A stretch of 64,000 bases of DNA. Origin: Raillietiella orientalis. Taxonomy: Eukaryota. A program made the translations under genes and the position numbers. Below are positions 24,401-37,960 of this stretch, one piece after another (within the stretch, counting starts at the first letter, position 1; the number at the start of each line of letters is the position of its first letter). Below the pieces are notes generated by a model, which was not told the origin of the DNA, ran no database searches, and saw only the letters and a program-made list of their open reading frames with translations. The stretch covers positions 620,001-684,000 of the forward strand of contig JAYWIR010000027.1 of the NCBI GenBank assembly GCA_036172245.1, read 5' to 3'.

Positions 24401-27399
24401 TCAGGGAGAAACGGGCACGTGGGTCAGGCGTCCGGCTTTCGACCCTTCCTTCTCCAGATAGCGCCAAGTGTTTTCTTCAAACGCCCGCTGGAAAGGGAAA
24501 AACCGCCCCGTTTTTTTTTCTTGCCTCTCCGAGGTAGGAAACAAAAAAGTAAACAAAGCAAAATGAGAGGAAAAGATGACATGCACTTTTCCCTGCAGCT
24601 GGACCGGTTTTTTGAAAGACACGCGTCCCGGCGGGTCCGCTGCAAACCCCTACCAACGCTCAACCCTTTTCAGACGCAGTCAGGCCCACACTATTCGAAG
24701 CGTTCCGTCCGTTTCAGAGAAGCTTAGACGGCGAGGCGTCGTTGCCAGGGCGACCCGAACGCAAGCGTGCGTGGCTCCAAGAGCACCACGGAGGTGCAGG
24801 AACGCAGGGTTCCCGCTGCTTGCCGCGCCGAGGTTACACCCCCCACCGCACCCCATCCGAAATATGCTTCCTTCGTAGAAGGCCCCGGACAACGGCTGGC
24901 CGAAGGACGGGCTCGGCGCACGTCTTGGAAGAACGGTCAAGAAGACCGCCGCGAAGCGGACGCCGGTGGGCGCGCAAACCTGCCCAACCCTCGCCGCCTG
25001 GGGAGAGATACCACACTCCTGTGACGGATCTGCACGGCAACGGGCGGCAGCGGAACGGGATGCCGCCGCCGGGACGCAGGAGCCTGTAACCAGGCGACGG
25101 CAGCAAGCCGAGCAGCCCCTCAGCACAGCAGCTCGTGCAAGTGGCCGGGGCGGCTACCTTCTGCTTTCCCTGCAAGCACCCACCAAGGGCGGCTCGAAGC
25201 AGGATGGGGGTGCTTTCGCCCTCACCGACAGCCGTGCCACCTCGAACCCCAAACAGCTGAGCCTGAGCGTGGCGCTCACCTCAACGCGTGCGCTGCATCT
25301 GCCGTGCATCTGCCACAAAAAAGAAAGGAAAAGAGCCAGAAGAAAGCTGCCAGAAGTTTTTCATTACGGAAAGTTTCGACACTGTTGATGTGCAGAAGTG
25401 AATACAATCCCAAAGTTGTTTTGTTTTCCTCGTTTTGTTCTGCAAGGTTTTCACCTCAGACTTTCGTAATTTTATTGTTTTGGCACTATATGCCAAAGCA
25501 ATAAAGCTGCGATATGACTCACCGTGAAGGAGGAGGAGTGTTTTGACCTTTCATCTGTGCAGCGTTCCTAATAATGGGGGCTGAAGACGAAAATCACCCA
25601 AAATTCAAGGAAAGCAAACTCGCGGAGCGCCGAGAGACTTGCGACGCGTTGCAATGTAGTGATTTGTTGCACGGGTAGATGGCAGGACAATACCCCTTTT
25701 GCATTTTCGGATGTTGACAAATGAATGTTTCCAGTCGATGTTTTCCCTAATTTCCTTCGAAAACGAATGAAGTTCGGGAGAATCCTTATTTTCTTTCTAA
25801 CTGTCATTTTTTCTTTCCCATATGATGGATGTTCCTGAACAGCATTGCGAGGAAAGTCATCGAAAGTAGCTGCACCGACCTAGGGGAATTTGTGGATCTA
25901 TAAACAGTCGGAAAGCTCGCTTGCTGGGCCGGAGGTAGTTCAGCAATTGAGTGTCGTGTGGATCCTCGATAAAGCAATGAAATCCCCTTGAATCTTTAGA
26001 ACGATCTGCGTGGTGTTTGGTTGCTGCTATCAGAAGGCCCTTTTTGAGGGCCCCGCGCCTGCGGGCGGGGGCGGCGGCCCTCCCCCCATTCATTTTCATC
26101 CGGGATCCGGGGGGCCCCCGGGAAGCGCTCGCGTAGCCGAGACCACGGTGGCGAGGACAGACACACCGAGCAGGGCGCGGCCGCGGGGCTTCCCACCTTG
26201 CGGAGGGCGCATCCTGGCAACGGCGCCCTACCCGCCGGCTGAAGGGCGGCGGCCTTCCGGAAAGGGAGCGCCGCGCCGCTTCTTCTCTCCTCCGCCTGCG
26301 AAACCAACCGGCTCCCTAGGTGGTGACTTGGCAACCCGGCAGCGGGCCGCGAAGGGGAGGGCGAGCGCGAAGAGCCGGCAGCCCGCCCGTCGTCTTGTAA
26401 ACGGCGGAGGGGGCGCTCTCCTGCGGTCCCAGCAAGCGTCGCCCCGTCTGGAGGTGAGCCATCATCATCCACCCCTCTCAGTGGGAGGGGACTCCCCCTC
26501 CCCCCACCCTTCTCCACACCCTCGGCACGTCCAGGTCAGGGGCACCGGAGAGGCCACGCACGTGCACACAGCAAGCGGACAACGGAGGCGGGCCGGAGGC
26601 GCACCCCTGGGATGACCGGAAACACCACGACCTACCACTATATGGGTGGCCCCGTAGCGCTTTGCTGCTCGGCGCCTCCCGCCTGAGGGCTGAACGGGTC
26701 GATCCCCACGCAGCCGGCAAAAAGAAAAAAAAAAAAATATAAAAGGGCTCGGGACAGGTGGGGTGGGGGTGCCCAATTCAGAAATGAAAGGCGGCACCCT
26801 TACGTAGACAAACGGAACCGTCCCTGGAGCCAACGAAGAGAACCCCCGCGCCCAAGGGCAAGGAGCGAAGGGCCGCCACCGGATTTCTCACTCGCTCAGC
26901 TTCTGAGACGCCTCCCTCCCCCCTCCCTCCTCCTCCTCCCATCCCCGAAAACCGACCCAACGTTCTCTCGCTGACCACGGATCACCTTCCCCCCAGCTGA
27001 TACTGTGCTTCGGAGCACCCACCCCACACCCTATGCATGCATTGGAGGGCGGGCACAGCATCCACCCCGCCTGCTGAGAACGTGCGGGGAGGAGAGAGAA
27101 AGGCGAGGACGCGGACGGCGCCGCTCCGCCAACACTTCCTCCGTCGCCGTGGTAACCACGCGGAGCCCCCGCCCTCGAAAAAAAAAAGCCCTTCCCTTCC
27201 TTTCGCCTTCTGCGACGGACGTCGAGAAGCACTTGCACTTGGGCCCGTCGCGTTCCATGCCCGCCCTGCAGGAGACCCCCCATGCAAAACAGAGACCTCC
27301 CCCCGCCCCCCCGCGGCCTGTCCCCCCACTCTGGGGAAAACCGGTCGGGCAACTTCCCGCGGGAGAACGCCTGCCCCCGCCTCAGGCGCCTGTCGACTA

Positions 27400-29520
27400 G
27401 GGACGAGCACCTCTTCGTGCCCGTGTCCCGCGGAGGCCTCCCGCGGGTCGGGAAAGGCGCCGAGACCTTAGGGGACGCGCGGATCGGCCAGCGCGTTGTC
27501 GACCTCGCCGTCTTCCCGCCGAGGAGGCGCCCGCCGTCCTCCCAGCTGTTCGCCTGGGGGTCCTGGAAAGAGGTCTCCGGGACCCGGGACCTCCAGGAAG
27601 AGGAGGAGGAGGAAGAGGAGGAGGAGGAGGTGTCAGTCCGAGGGGGCGTCCGCCGCTCCTGCTGTAACCTGTCGCGCTGGAAGAGGGGGTGCGCGCTGTG
27701 CAGGGAGGGCCCCTGCCGGGAAGGCAGGGGCTGGGACGAGGATTCCAGGCACACCCAATGCCAGCCGAGCCGCTCGGGATCGCCTCACTGGGCTCGGGAA
27801 GAAAAGGCGGCGAGGAGGAGGAGCAGGGACGAGTTCACTACCTGCCAGAAGGTAAGTCCTCCCTGACAGGAGCCCGCTACACTGCCCGCGGGCCGCACGG
27901 ACTCCGTTCCTTCCCAAGCGCGAGGAGTGAACACCCTCGAACCCCACGCCCCACTCCTTTCCAGGACAAACGCTGCGGGAGGTGCTGCTCCAGCTGCAAA
28001 GTGAGGGACCAGCCGGAAATGATGGATCGAGGTGAGAGGGTGACCGCTAGGGGCGCTTAGATACAGTGGCAACGGCCGGGCCGGAGCAAGGGTTCGCCGA
28101 CTCCTTCACAGGCTCCCTCCCCCATCCCACAGCTCCTCCAGGAGATTCTGGAAGAGGAAGACATCGTCATTTATTCCTGTCCTTCGCTCGCTATTCGTTC
28201 GTTTTCGTCTTCTGTGAGCTTACTGGAAAGCGCGCGAAATCGTCCGCGCAGCGCCATCTCCGAACGACGGTCGAAGCTCGAAACGCTTCCAGCGGCGTGC
28301 CGCGAGAGCGCTCTGGCACAATGAGGCTCTTCCGCTCTCCGGACAACGCGGATTCCCGGAGCACCCCTCGACGTCCTTCCTCTCTCCCACTCCATTCCAG
28401 CTCACTTGCCGCGATCGCGCGTCAGCTTCCGCAGAGAACTTTCTGAATCAGGGAGCACCTTTCCTGGCTCGCGTGCCGAGCGGAACAATCGCGGACACGA
28501 GACTTGCGAGACCTTCCTCCTGGCTCCATCTCGGAGAGTTCGATTGCAACTGGCAGCAATTTCGAAGAAAACCACGAGAGGGGAGGAGGGAGGACACGAG
28601 CAGGTGAGCGGGATGGTGGCGGCAGCCGCTTGTTGGATCGAGGAGCACGAGCAGGCAGTTCTTACCGGAAGAGGCTGGAAGTCCTGCTCGATCCTACCCA
28701 GCGGGAAGGGGGGCGTTCTTCATAGGGGAGGGGAGAGGAACCGCGTCTCTTGCCCTGGGCTGGCTGCTCATCGTGATGCTTCTCCATCGATCGTGTGCAG
28801 AACTTGGGTCCTTTTCCCAGGACACTCCGCCATGACCCTCCTTTGGTATCCCCACGCCTGCATAGGGGGCATTCCAAGCAGGGTGCAGAGCAAAGCCTGC
28901 CAGACGAGCAGGCTCTCCTGCTGCCTGGACAGCGACGTGAAGGCGCTTCTTCATCCGGGACCGGTCCAGGACGCCTCGGCGGCAGCAGGATGCTCCTTCG
29001 GTTCCTGCCCCCCAGTCCCGTGCCCCAGAAGCTCTTCCAGCGCCTGTTTCGCCTCCGAGATTGCCGGCGCAGGCTTGCCCTGCATTCAGGATCTCGAAGT
29101 GGTGCGCCACCCGAGCTGCGAGAGCCAAACCCAGCAGGGCTGCCGCGGTGCGGACCCGGACGGCGCAGCCTGCGACGACGACGGCTGCGAGAGGCGCCCA
29201 GGACGCTGCAAGATCATCCTGGCCAAGGACTGGAAGCCGCAGGACGCATGGGTAGCACCCGCCCCTGCAGGCAACCGCAGGGCGCCCTGCTGGAACGCGC
29301 GTCCCGAGCAACCACCATTCCTAGGAGCCGGGAGCAGGCTGATCTCCGGGGAGAACGCGGAGCGCCAGCAGCAGCCTCCGCCGACCGAAGCCGGAGGCAG
29401 GGACTCCGGAGGAGGAGTGCTGCACGCGCCCCTCGCCCCCTCCCCGACCGTGAAGATCGTCAGCCCCTCGGCGCGGGTGCTCGACTTCAACCGGGCGTTG
29501 CATCCCTCCTTCTGAGAAGC
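27400..29520 (-). mobile_element. L1/Tx1-type LINE relics (post-RT and zinc-knuckle/3' regions)
   Basis: 'LEQHLPQRLSWKG' (~27990), 'LLPAPRNGG' (~29330), 'VWQALLCTLLG...AECP' (~28900-28810); 3' end signature AATAAAT on the minus strand at ~28169. Confidence 0.45.
28241..28649 (+). repeat. Direct repeat B, copy 1 (409 bp)
   Basis: Matches 30389-30797 at offset 2148, with two substitutions seen. Confidence 0.95.
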
Positions 29521-29608
29521 GCCAATGAAAATCCGTCTTTCCCTTTCCGACTCATCGGTTCTCCCACCCCCTGGCGGAGGCGACAGGGGAGGGAGGGAAT
29601 CAGGCGAA

Positions 29609-29904
29609 GAGATAGCAGGGACCCGCTGGCGGCTCCCCCTGCTCCGGACCACCTGTCACGGGGAAGACATTCTGGCCAGGTGACTCCCGGACGCCGCGCG
29701 CTCAGCGATCGGCAGGAACAAAGTTGCCGGCTCGCAGCACGTCCTCCGCGCCGGGAAGAGAGGACGGATTGCGTGCGCCCTCGGAGGACACGAAAGGGGG
29801 TGCGCCGAGTCCGGCGGTCCGCCTGCGAACCGACCAATCGCGCGTAAATCGCGGGGACTCGACCGGAACTGCCCTAAAGAAGTGGTTCGGCGGACCACCT
29901 CAGG
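29609..29904 (-). repeat. Inverted repeat A, right arm (296 bp); part of a plus-strand LINE RT relic
   Basis: Reverse complement of 23912-24207; flanks on both sides remain similar but diverged. Confidence 0.95.
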
Positions 29905-30388
29905 GAGGGGGGAGGGAGGAGGAGCACACGCAGGCAGCGGGCTCAACGCGAAAGGAGCCCTTCGGGTGCCGAGGGACTCACCTACTTGACCCACAGAACT
30001 CCGTCGTCTCCTCCTACCTGTCCGCCAGTCTGACCTGACCACCGAGTTAATTCAGCGAGCACCTTTCTGTCTACGAAGAGATGCCGAGGTCCCGGAAACT
30101 GCCAGAGCGTCACCAGTTAGTCGGGTAATTTGGCTGTCGGGCCACATCACCCGAATCCTGTTTCAAGGATATTGGCAAGGTTAAGGCGGAGGACACTCCG
30201 CCTCGCCAAACATCCACCTCTCCCTCCAACAACGCCATCTGTGCTGCCGAGACCTCTGTGCTCCCATCTCGAGCGTTGGATGTCTACTGAAACTGAGACG
30301 CTCCTGGTCGAGGAGGCTGCCTCAGTCTAGGCCGTCGAGTTACGGGTGCTCGAAGAGCCTGAAGGAAGGTACGCGGTACGGTTGAAAC

Positions 30389-30797
30389 CGTCCGCGCAGC
30401 GCCATCTCCGAACGACGGTCGAAGCTCGAAACGCTTCCAGCGGCGTGCCGCGAGAGCGCTCTGGCACAATGAGGCTCTTCCGCTCTCCGGACAACGCGGA
30501 TTCCCGGAGCACCCCTCGACGTCCTTCCTCTCTCCCACTCCATTCCAGCTCACTTGCCGCGATCGCGCGTCAGCTTCCGCAGAGAACTTTCTGAATCAGG
30601 GAGCACCTTTCCTGGCTCGCGTGCCGAGCGGAACAATCGCGGACACGAGACTTGCGAGACCTTCCTCCTGGCTCCATCTCGGAGAGTTCGATTGCAACTG
30701 GCAGCAATTTCGAAGAAAACCACGAGAGGGAAGGAGGGAGGACACGAGCAGGTGAGCGGGATGGTGGCGGCAGCCGCTCGTTGGATCGAGGAGCACG
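30389..30797 (+). repeat. Direct repeat B, copy 2 (409 bp)
   Basis: Matches 28241-28649. Confidence 0.95.
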
Positions 30798-32000
30798 GGC
30801 GGGGCAATCCTTTCCAAGGATTCGGCTTGGCTTCGGTTCTGCAAGCTGGCAGCCTGCCTCACTACTCTCCGACATCGGATGCGTCGCTCGGCAAGTGCAC
30901 GCGTCCACTGTCCGGAGCCCTGCATGCCTTGCGGAATCCGTTCTTTCCGGAGATGCAATCAAACGCTGCCCGTCCGGTGGTTGATGGCGTTTGCGCACGG
31001 GATGCCCCTAGCCAAGGGTTCGCACGGAACCTCAGGAGAAAGGTCGGATCTTGGAACGAAGTTCCAGCCTCTAGCGCGTTGGCTCTGAGAGCTACAAACT
31101 TTCTCAGCGTTTTCCCTGGGGCTCCTCGATCAACTCCAAGAGCGGTCGATGACCACATCTTGGTAGCCCTTGGGATGCGAGGAGGGTGAGATCGACGTGA
31201 CAACTTCTTTTTCCACCCACCCCTCTCGTTTCACGGGGCGACAGTTTCCTCCGAAGTGTACAGTATCGACTCTTGCCCCAACCCACCCTGACCGTCCCGC
31301 GTGTACCCTGAGAGTGTGGTAGCTCTTCTCGCAAGCAGCGCGGGAGTTTGAGTCTCCCCCCCTCCAAGCGGAACATCTTGGCGTGCCGAGCGGCCTCTTC
31401 GCCGTGTCGGCCCAGTTCGGGACGGAACGAAGGCCGTCCCGAGCGGGACTTCAGGGTGCAGGGTGGACGGAGTCCTATCTGTGCTCGCAATCCCTCCCTT
31501 ATGACATCACTCCGCCGGGCGGTTGCTGCTGCGCCGCCAGCAGGAACGCCCGGGCAGGCGCCACTCGGGAGGTCCCTCGACTTCAGCCCGGGATCGTGCC
31601 GGCGGTGGGATGAAAGTTCCTAGAGCGTTGTCCCGGGGCACTCGCAGTCCCCCTCGCCCTCCTTCAGGGAATTTAGACCCTCGGCGCACGCCTAGTGGGA
31701 TTCTTCTTGGCCCGCTGCCTCTCTTGACCGGAGATCGTGACGGTGGGGCTCGTCGCGATGTTCGGGACGCTCCTTGCCCGCCGCCGAGTGTTCGCAGGAC
31801 TGCTGGGACGGCCTCGATGCCCCCAGCAATCTGACAAGCGTCCTGTGGCCCGCTGTGTCGGGTACTTTTCGCAACGGCGTGTGGGATCCCCCAAGCAGCG
31901 GAAGCCCACGGGAGACCGGAGACCCCTCAGGCGATGGCACAGCGAATCGGAGGCGCAAAGGTGCCACCTTCCGTGTGCCGTAGGGCGGGAAAGACGCGTT
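30389..32000 (-). mobile_element. L1/Tx1-type LINE relic (3' part)
   Basis: Minus frames 'WNFVPRSDLSP...KACRAPDS..HL' resemble the zf-RVT/CCHC region, upstream of repeat B. Confidence 0.4.
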
Positions 32001-35000
32001 GGACGCGTATTCGGGCTCGGAGAAAGGACCGAGGGTTGTGCCGCAGCGGAAGAGGAGCTCGCAATGCGTCCGGAGAGCTCGAGTTAAATGCCCTGAATAA
32101 GAGCGCGCTCAACTCAGCAATTCACGTTGGAGCAGCAAGTGAAGTTCCCCCCCCTCACATCTACTCTCGAGGAGGGGCGGGTGCGAAGCGCGCCACTCAT
32201 TCCAGCCGCGAGGCATCCCCCCTCTTCCTGTGGCACCCCTGAAATTTTTCACCCGGCCACGGCGGGAGTTTATTTAATAAGAAACCAGTTGGGAACCAAA
32301 AGCAAAAAAACTTCAAGAAGAGGGCCTTCAAGGAGGGTCCCTATATCCCAGTTTTCCCGATTCGGAAATTCCCGCTTGCGCACCCTCATTCCAGCGAGGA
32401 CGGGAAGGAGGTGCCGGCGAAGCTCGGCTCCTGCTGACGCAGAATCCCCATCGATGAACCGTGTCCGAGAGGCACGTCGTCAGCTCTTAGCAGGGGGCGC
32501 CCCATCGCGGTCGTCCAAGCACAGGAAGCTCTGCTGTTACATACCCCTGGCATTGTGAATCCACGGAGCGGTGCTCCCGACGGGACGAGTTCTTCCCGTG
32601 CGTCAGAGCGATGCCAGAAGTCGAGCAGCAGTTTCTTCCTACGCGATGACCCCCCGGGTCGTGGGTTCAACGCCGAGTCATGTCTCAGTGACCCCCCCAC
32701 GAAACAGCACCCTCTGTCCAACTCAGTACACAAGCATGGTTCCGGTATGTACCGTACGAATCAACGAATTCCACGTCTGTGTTGCTTCAAGCATCTGCGG
32801 TCGCGTCTTGGGAAGACGCGCCTCTCATCACAGGATGCCCTGGGTGTAAAGAAAGCGTTCTTAACAGCGGACCCCCGTAAAACGCGAGTGAGTACGAAGC
32901 AGCACGCGCACTTCCGCGTTATACGAAGCCTACCTCGTCCCCTGGTATAACGGTGAGAAATATTTCTCACGAGCATCGCTGAAAAGTAGATGGAAGGGAA
33001 ACATGCATCGTCATTTGCAGTGTACAGTTCCTGAGTACGTACACGTGTCGGCAGGAAGAAAAACAGGGAAGTTTTCAAGGACGGGTTTTAACGGAAACGT
33101 TCCGTGCTGACGGCGCGCGAGTCGCGGTTGCACGGAACGCTTTTTCGCGCACCGCGTGCTCCATCGAAGTACCGACTCACTACATAAAGTGCCCATTCAT
33201 TGTAATTGTTTATTTACACCACATTAAATGGAATATTCCTATTTTTTCCCAAGCACATATTATTTATTTAAAAGTTGTCATTATGATTCGAAGAAATTCG
33301 TTCACATTTTTCAAGATATCGCAAAGATGAAAAACGGCATAATAAATTACATGCCACACCGAGAGAAATCTCTGGCCGATATATAAATAGAATGTCGTTT
33401 ACTGTCGTTGCCAAGGGAACTGTAAGAACGTGAGTGGATGCGTCGTCCACCTCAAACACGGATAGTGCTAATTTGTGCCGCGTGTACAATGTGAAAGCAC
33501 TTGCCAAACCCATAGACAGTAAACGTCCACAGTCCACGCCGATAGTTTTTGTAGGACGCATCTATGCATCCATAGCACTCAAAGGGTTAATGAAGTGGAC
33601 TACATGGAATGAGTCTCTCCAGAGCTAGTTTCCTCTTATCCCTCAAAAGCACCACCCTCTGCGGGGTTGACCCGATGGTTTCTGAGGTGGGACAGCTGAC
33701 CTTTCCAGGGGATCTCACGTGTTTTGGGTCCATCCCGAGACACTTGCCGCTGTACCGCCTGCGCCGAGTGGGAAGGCCCGCGACCTCGCCGTTCCGGTCT
33801 TCGCCGCCAGGTGCGCAGACCTCCTCCCCCTCTGTGCCAGGAGCCACCCGGTCTGCCAGGGATGCGACCCGCATGCGGACGTGCGCGTGGACAGCCGGCG
33901 GACGTGGCGAGACCGCCACCACCACCACCACCCGGACTGGCGGACTCAAGGAAACGAGACCCTCCGGCAGGCAGGGAAAAACCCACCGAACTAGCGGATC
34001 GGCAACGGGGACACAGCGGACGATTCGTCTTTCCCCCTCCTCTCCTCCTCCGCTTGCTTTCTGCAATTGAGAACCCACGGACGTGTCGGCGCCGGGACGG
34101 CGGGGAATCCTTCGGGGGAGAAAACTTCAGACGCCTCGCGTCCCAATCTGGCGCAAGAGATGCCGGGCTCTCTCGCTACTGTTCTCCTGGATGGGAGGAA
34201 AGCAGGCAAGCGAGCCCCCTGGACGACATGGTTGTCGGAGCGTATCAGGGGCTCTGTGCCGGCGATGGGAGGTGGCGGGTGCAGTCCGCTCTCCCTTGCC
34301 TCACGCGACGTCTTCCCATGGCAACCAGGACCCCCCCAGGCAAGGTGGCCCATGGGATCTGCATCGCGGCCCTGACGGGTGATCCCAAGCGGCAATACCA
34401 GGTCTCTTCTCCTCGTTTCCGATTGATGTTCCTGGGGCGCACCGCAGCCCGACCACGTTCCATCCCGAAAGCCTTCTCCATGGAAACGAGGAGCATCCAC
34501 AGACTCCCTCCGCCTCCGCTCTTCGTAAGGGCGGTTCATTTTCCGCGAGCCGTTGCTCTCTTCCTTCCGCCGCTCCCCGTCCGACAGGATTCCCTCCCCA
34601 CCGATCCCGGGAAGTCGTGGAGGGGAAGAAAAATAGTTGGGCGACTCTCGAGAAGGGGCAGGGAGCTTTGCCGCAAGCGTCCAGCTTCCCATTGCTCTCC
34701 CCTCCTCTGGATGTCCCTTTCGCTCCTCTCCATCCTCAACCTGAACCCCTCTGGACCCGCTCGAACTCTCCCAGGAGAGGCTTCCGGAGGGGAAGTCTCC
34801 CTTTCGTTTTCCGATAGGTAAGAAGGGCATGGGAGCTGCTTATGTATGCATAAGCAGCTCCCGTTTCTTCCCTTCCAGGGATCTCACGAGCTTCTTCGTC
34901 ATTGGAAGATTCGGCGAAGCTCCCATGCATGTCTTAGACACCGGTTGTTCCCGAGAAGGCTCTGGCGTCAGTGAGCTGACGCTGGAAAGGGCAGTGGCGC

Positions 35001-35599
35001 GATCTGGGCTTCTGTTGAAGCTTGCATTCAGCAGAAATGGCGTTGATGGCTGTATGGTTGCTATGGCTTCCTAGCGGCTGTTTTTGGGGAACAACTTTGG
35101 CTGTTTATAACTACGCCAGAGCAACAGTGCTGACGTTTTTTCCTTCCGTCATCTTCCAATTCACTTTGTATTTTTTTGTCTTTTGTATTCTGCAAGTAGT
35201 ACTTTCAAGAGGAAAAAAAAAAAAAACTTTGAAACGGTGAGCGGTGCGGAACAGGATCGTCTCCCCTGACACACACAGCAGCGCCCTTCTGCTCCACGTC
35301 GCCCGCGGCTCTGAAGACCTAGATGTCGCTGGTATGGCCTTTTCATCGCACGCTCTTCGAGAGGTGTTCCAAGGGTAACGTTGGAGGCATGAAGGATGAG
35401 TTGACGGCCCGTCTCGGTTCTAAGGAAGAGCTGCACGTGACTCAGCCAAAAGATGTCCTGCTCGACCGACGGCGAACACCAAGGCCAACACGAGGGCGAA
35501 CAGCTCTTTTTCGAGCTCACTGGAGATGCCATAGCTCGTCGTAGTCTCGCCTTCTCAATCATGTGTTAGAGGGAGAGGGCAGTGAAGGCCTTCTGGCGA

Positions 35600-35950
35600 G
35601 TAGTAACCGTATTTCAACGACCTTTCTCCTTCCCCTTGCATCCTGTTTTCGGCATTTTGGGTCGAACCCGAGAGTTCCGTCCGCTGTTTGGGAGTAGCTG
35701 CCACACCATCTGTTTGCAACCACCCCTGAATACATCTCTTATTTCTCGATGTTCAGCGAAAATCCCTGGTGGATGTCGTTGACCAGTGACCTCCATTTCA
35801 GAAAAGAGGAGCTTTGGTCGGCAGCAAAATTCGAGCCGACCTGGAAGTCGGCTTGTTGAACAAGATGGCCACAGGGGAGTGCGCACCCACTGGAAGATAC
35901 AGAGATGCGGTGGGACAGCAAAAAGTTCCCAGAGGGCTGGGTGAAGCCGG
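35600..35950 (-). mobile_element. Possible non-LTR RNase H fragment
   Basis: 'CIFQWV' then frameshifted 'CGH.VQQAD' (cf. FQWVPxHxGIxGNExAD). Confidence 0.3.
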
Positions 35951-37960
35951 GCGAACGTTGCTCGATCGCAGCGACTTCCGGCTTCTGCCCGCTTGGGCTG
36001 TTTATCGGCGGCCCCTTTCGCAGTTTTCGCGAAATTGCCCAGCATTTCTCCTTCTTAGCATTCCGTCCACCTTCAGAGTCGGCTTTTGTCCTTTCATCTT
36101 GCGTTTGTCGAGCTGCTTTCTCTCTCTCTCTCTCTCTCTGTCTCTCCACGTTGAACGGGGGTGTGGCGAATGTGGAATCGCATGGGTACATCCAAGAACG
36201 AGACTCTGCAACTGGACCCGTGCCATCCCAACTTTGTTTCCTGAATGGGGTAGGGACAGTCTCCCTCTTGAGTGTACAGGGGGCGATTGCAAAGGAATCA
36301 TCTTCTCGGGGGTACAGCACTGCGAGCAGGGGGTTGCGAATCTCTTTTTCTGCTCGCGCTGCGCATTGAAAATGCAGATAAAAGATGCACGGCGTGATTT
36401 TCCATTGCATCGGCTGGAAGAAGTTAATGACAATTCATTTGAGGAAAAAAAAATCAAAAAAGTGCAGGTGAAAATTAAGGGCGGGTGGGGAGGGAAGCTT
36501 ACAAAAAAGGACAGAAATGTCCCGAAGGCTTTCGGCAATATCTAGTGGGTGGTGGAAATCTTTGCTTGAACCATCCCTGACGACGGATGCCATCCGACGA
36601 CTGCACAGCACAACGGGCAAACCTTCAGCTTCTGGTCCTCGGGGCCGGCGCTTAGAGACGGAAGCTGTGCGCCGCACCGTGGGGTTCAAAGACGCGAGTG
36701 AAAAACGCCGGGAGCACTTGGCGAAGCCGTTCGAAAAGACCGAGCCGTTCGACTGCTCTTTTCCGAGCGGAGGGGGGAAAAGAAAAAAGAGGAAAGCCGA
36801 AATTCCGTGAAGGTTGAAAGCAGCGGCGGCCTTTCCTCCTCCCCCCGCAGACTTTAATGAACGCGCCGAAGTCCCTCCAGTCAATTGGACCGAGTTGCCA
36901 TCGCATTCTGTTTCCGGGGAAGGGCGGGGCGGCGGCGGGGGGGGGGGGGGAACTTGAGCCACCTTGCCGCAGCCGCCAGGTGCTGTTCCCTCCCTGCGAG
37001 TCCTGGAGAGCGGCGGGGTGCCTCGGGGTCAGCCGTCGAGCCGTGCGCTGAGACTCCCCCAACAATAGGGGGCATTCTTGCACGCGACCGGAAGTGGATG
37101 GACGAGATTCGCAAGCGACTGTATCCGGTTCCGTGAGGATAATGATTATTGCCGAGAATGTCGGATAGATTCTCCCAGGAGACAGCGAACAGGACCAAAA
37201 AACCGTCCAGTAAGTTGCACATGTTTTTTTCCCCCCTTTCCCCCCTCCCCCACTTCCTCCCCACGAAATGGGCCAAACGAAGTTCATTAGGACGGTGCAG
37301 TTGGGATCGAGGATAAATTTTTTGTCAAATATGTGCACGGTGAAGCATAAAGTGGCTGTTGCGTCAGCCGAGATCACGTTCTTCAGCAACGAAACCTTGA
37401 TGGAAGTGTGATGGTTTTCTCTTCGGTTTCCTTGTGTACGTTGGAACATTCTAGCCAGGTCGTCCAGGAAGCCGAAAAGAGCATGCAAAAAAGGGGATCT
37501 CTTAATTGAACGTGTCGATTCAGATCGCTAAATGCAGATTCTACTTCTCTGTCAACCTTGCGAATGCGTTTCGAAGTGTTCAGTGAAGGATATTTCCTAA
37601 TAAACTTTCACAGGTTAAATACAGAGCACCCTCAACGAATTTCGATAATGTTGATGAGTATATCAGATGTAGTAGCCATAATGTTCACTCATTTAAATTC
37701 CTTTGAATTTTTTTCCATAGCATGAGCAGTTATTTTTAATATTACCCCTTTCTTGGATTCTTTGAATTTTGTCAGGTGTGTTGACAAAATTCAAAGAACA
37801 CATATACTTCAAGGTACGTTTTCATTTGCAGCTATTCATTTGATTTATTATTATTATTATGGCACTCGTTTGCATTTGTTTAAAGTACAATTAATGGAAA
37901 TTTGGAAAGAAAAAACTGTTTCTATTTTTTGAAGTGTCATCTTTTTTGTGCCTGTTTCAG

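Noticed and set aside
25090..25290. hAT dimerisation-domain relic ('LTDSRATSNPKQL')
   Set aside because: Resemblance too weak to call without a profile search.
27400..27857. Plus-strand exon with poly-Glu ending at AAG/GTAAGT
   Set aside because: Lies antisense to LINE relic motifs; no partner exon or homology.
28241..30797. LTR/TRIM element with 409-bp LTRs
   Set aside because: No TG..CA ends, TSD, PBS or PPT seen; the repeat is LINE-derived.
33434..33628. ORF containing 'SKRP' as CDC50 exon 1
   Set aside because: No suitable phase-1 donor after the motif.
33724..34821. 365-aa ORF with 'LDDMVV' as an RT
   Set aside because: Single motif with no other RT blocks; probably TE debris but not assignable.
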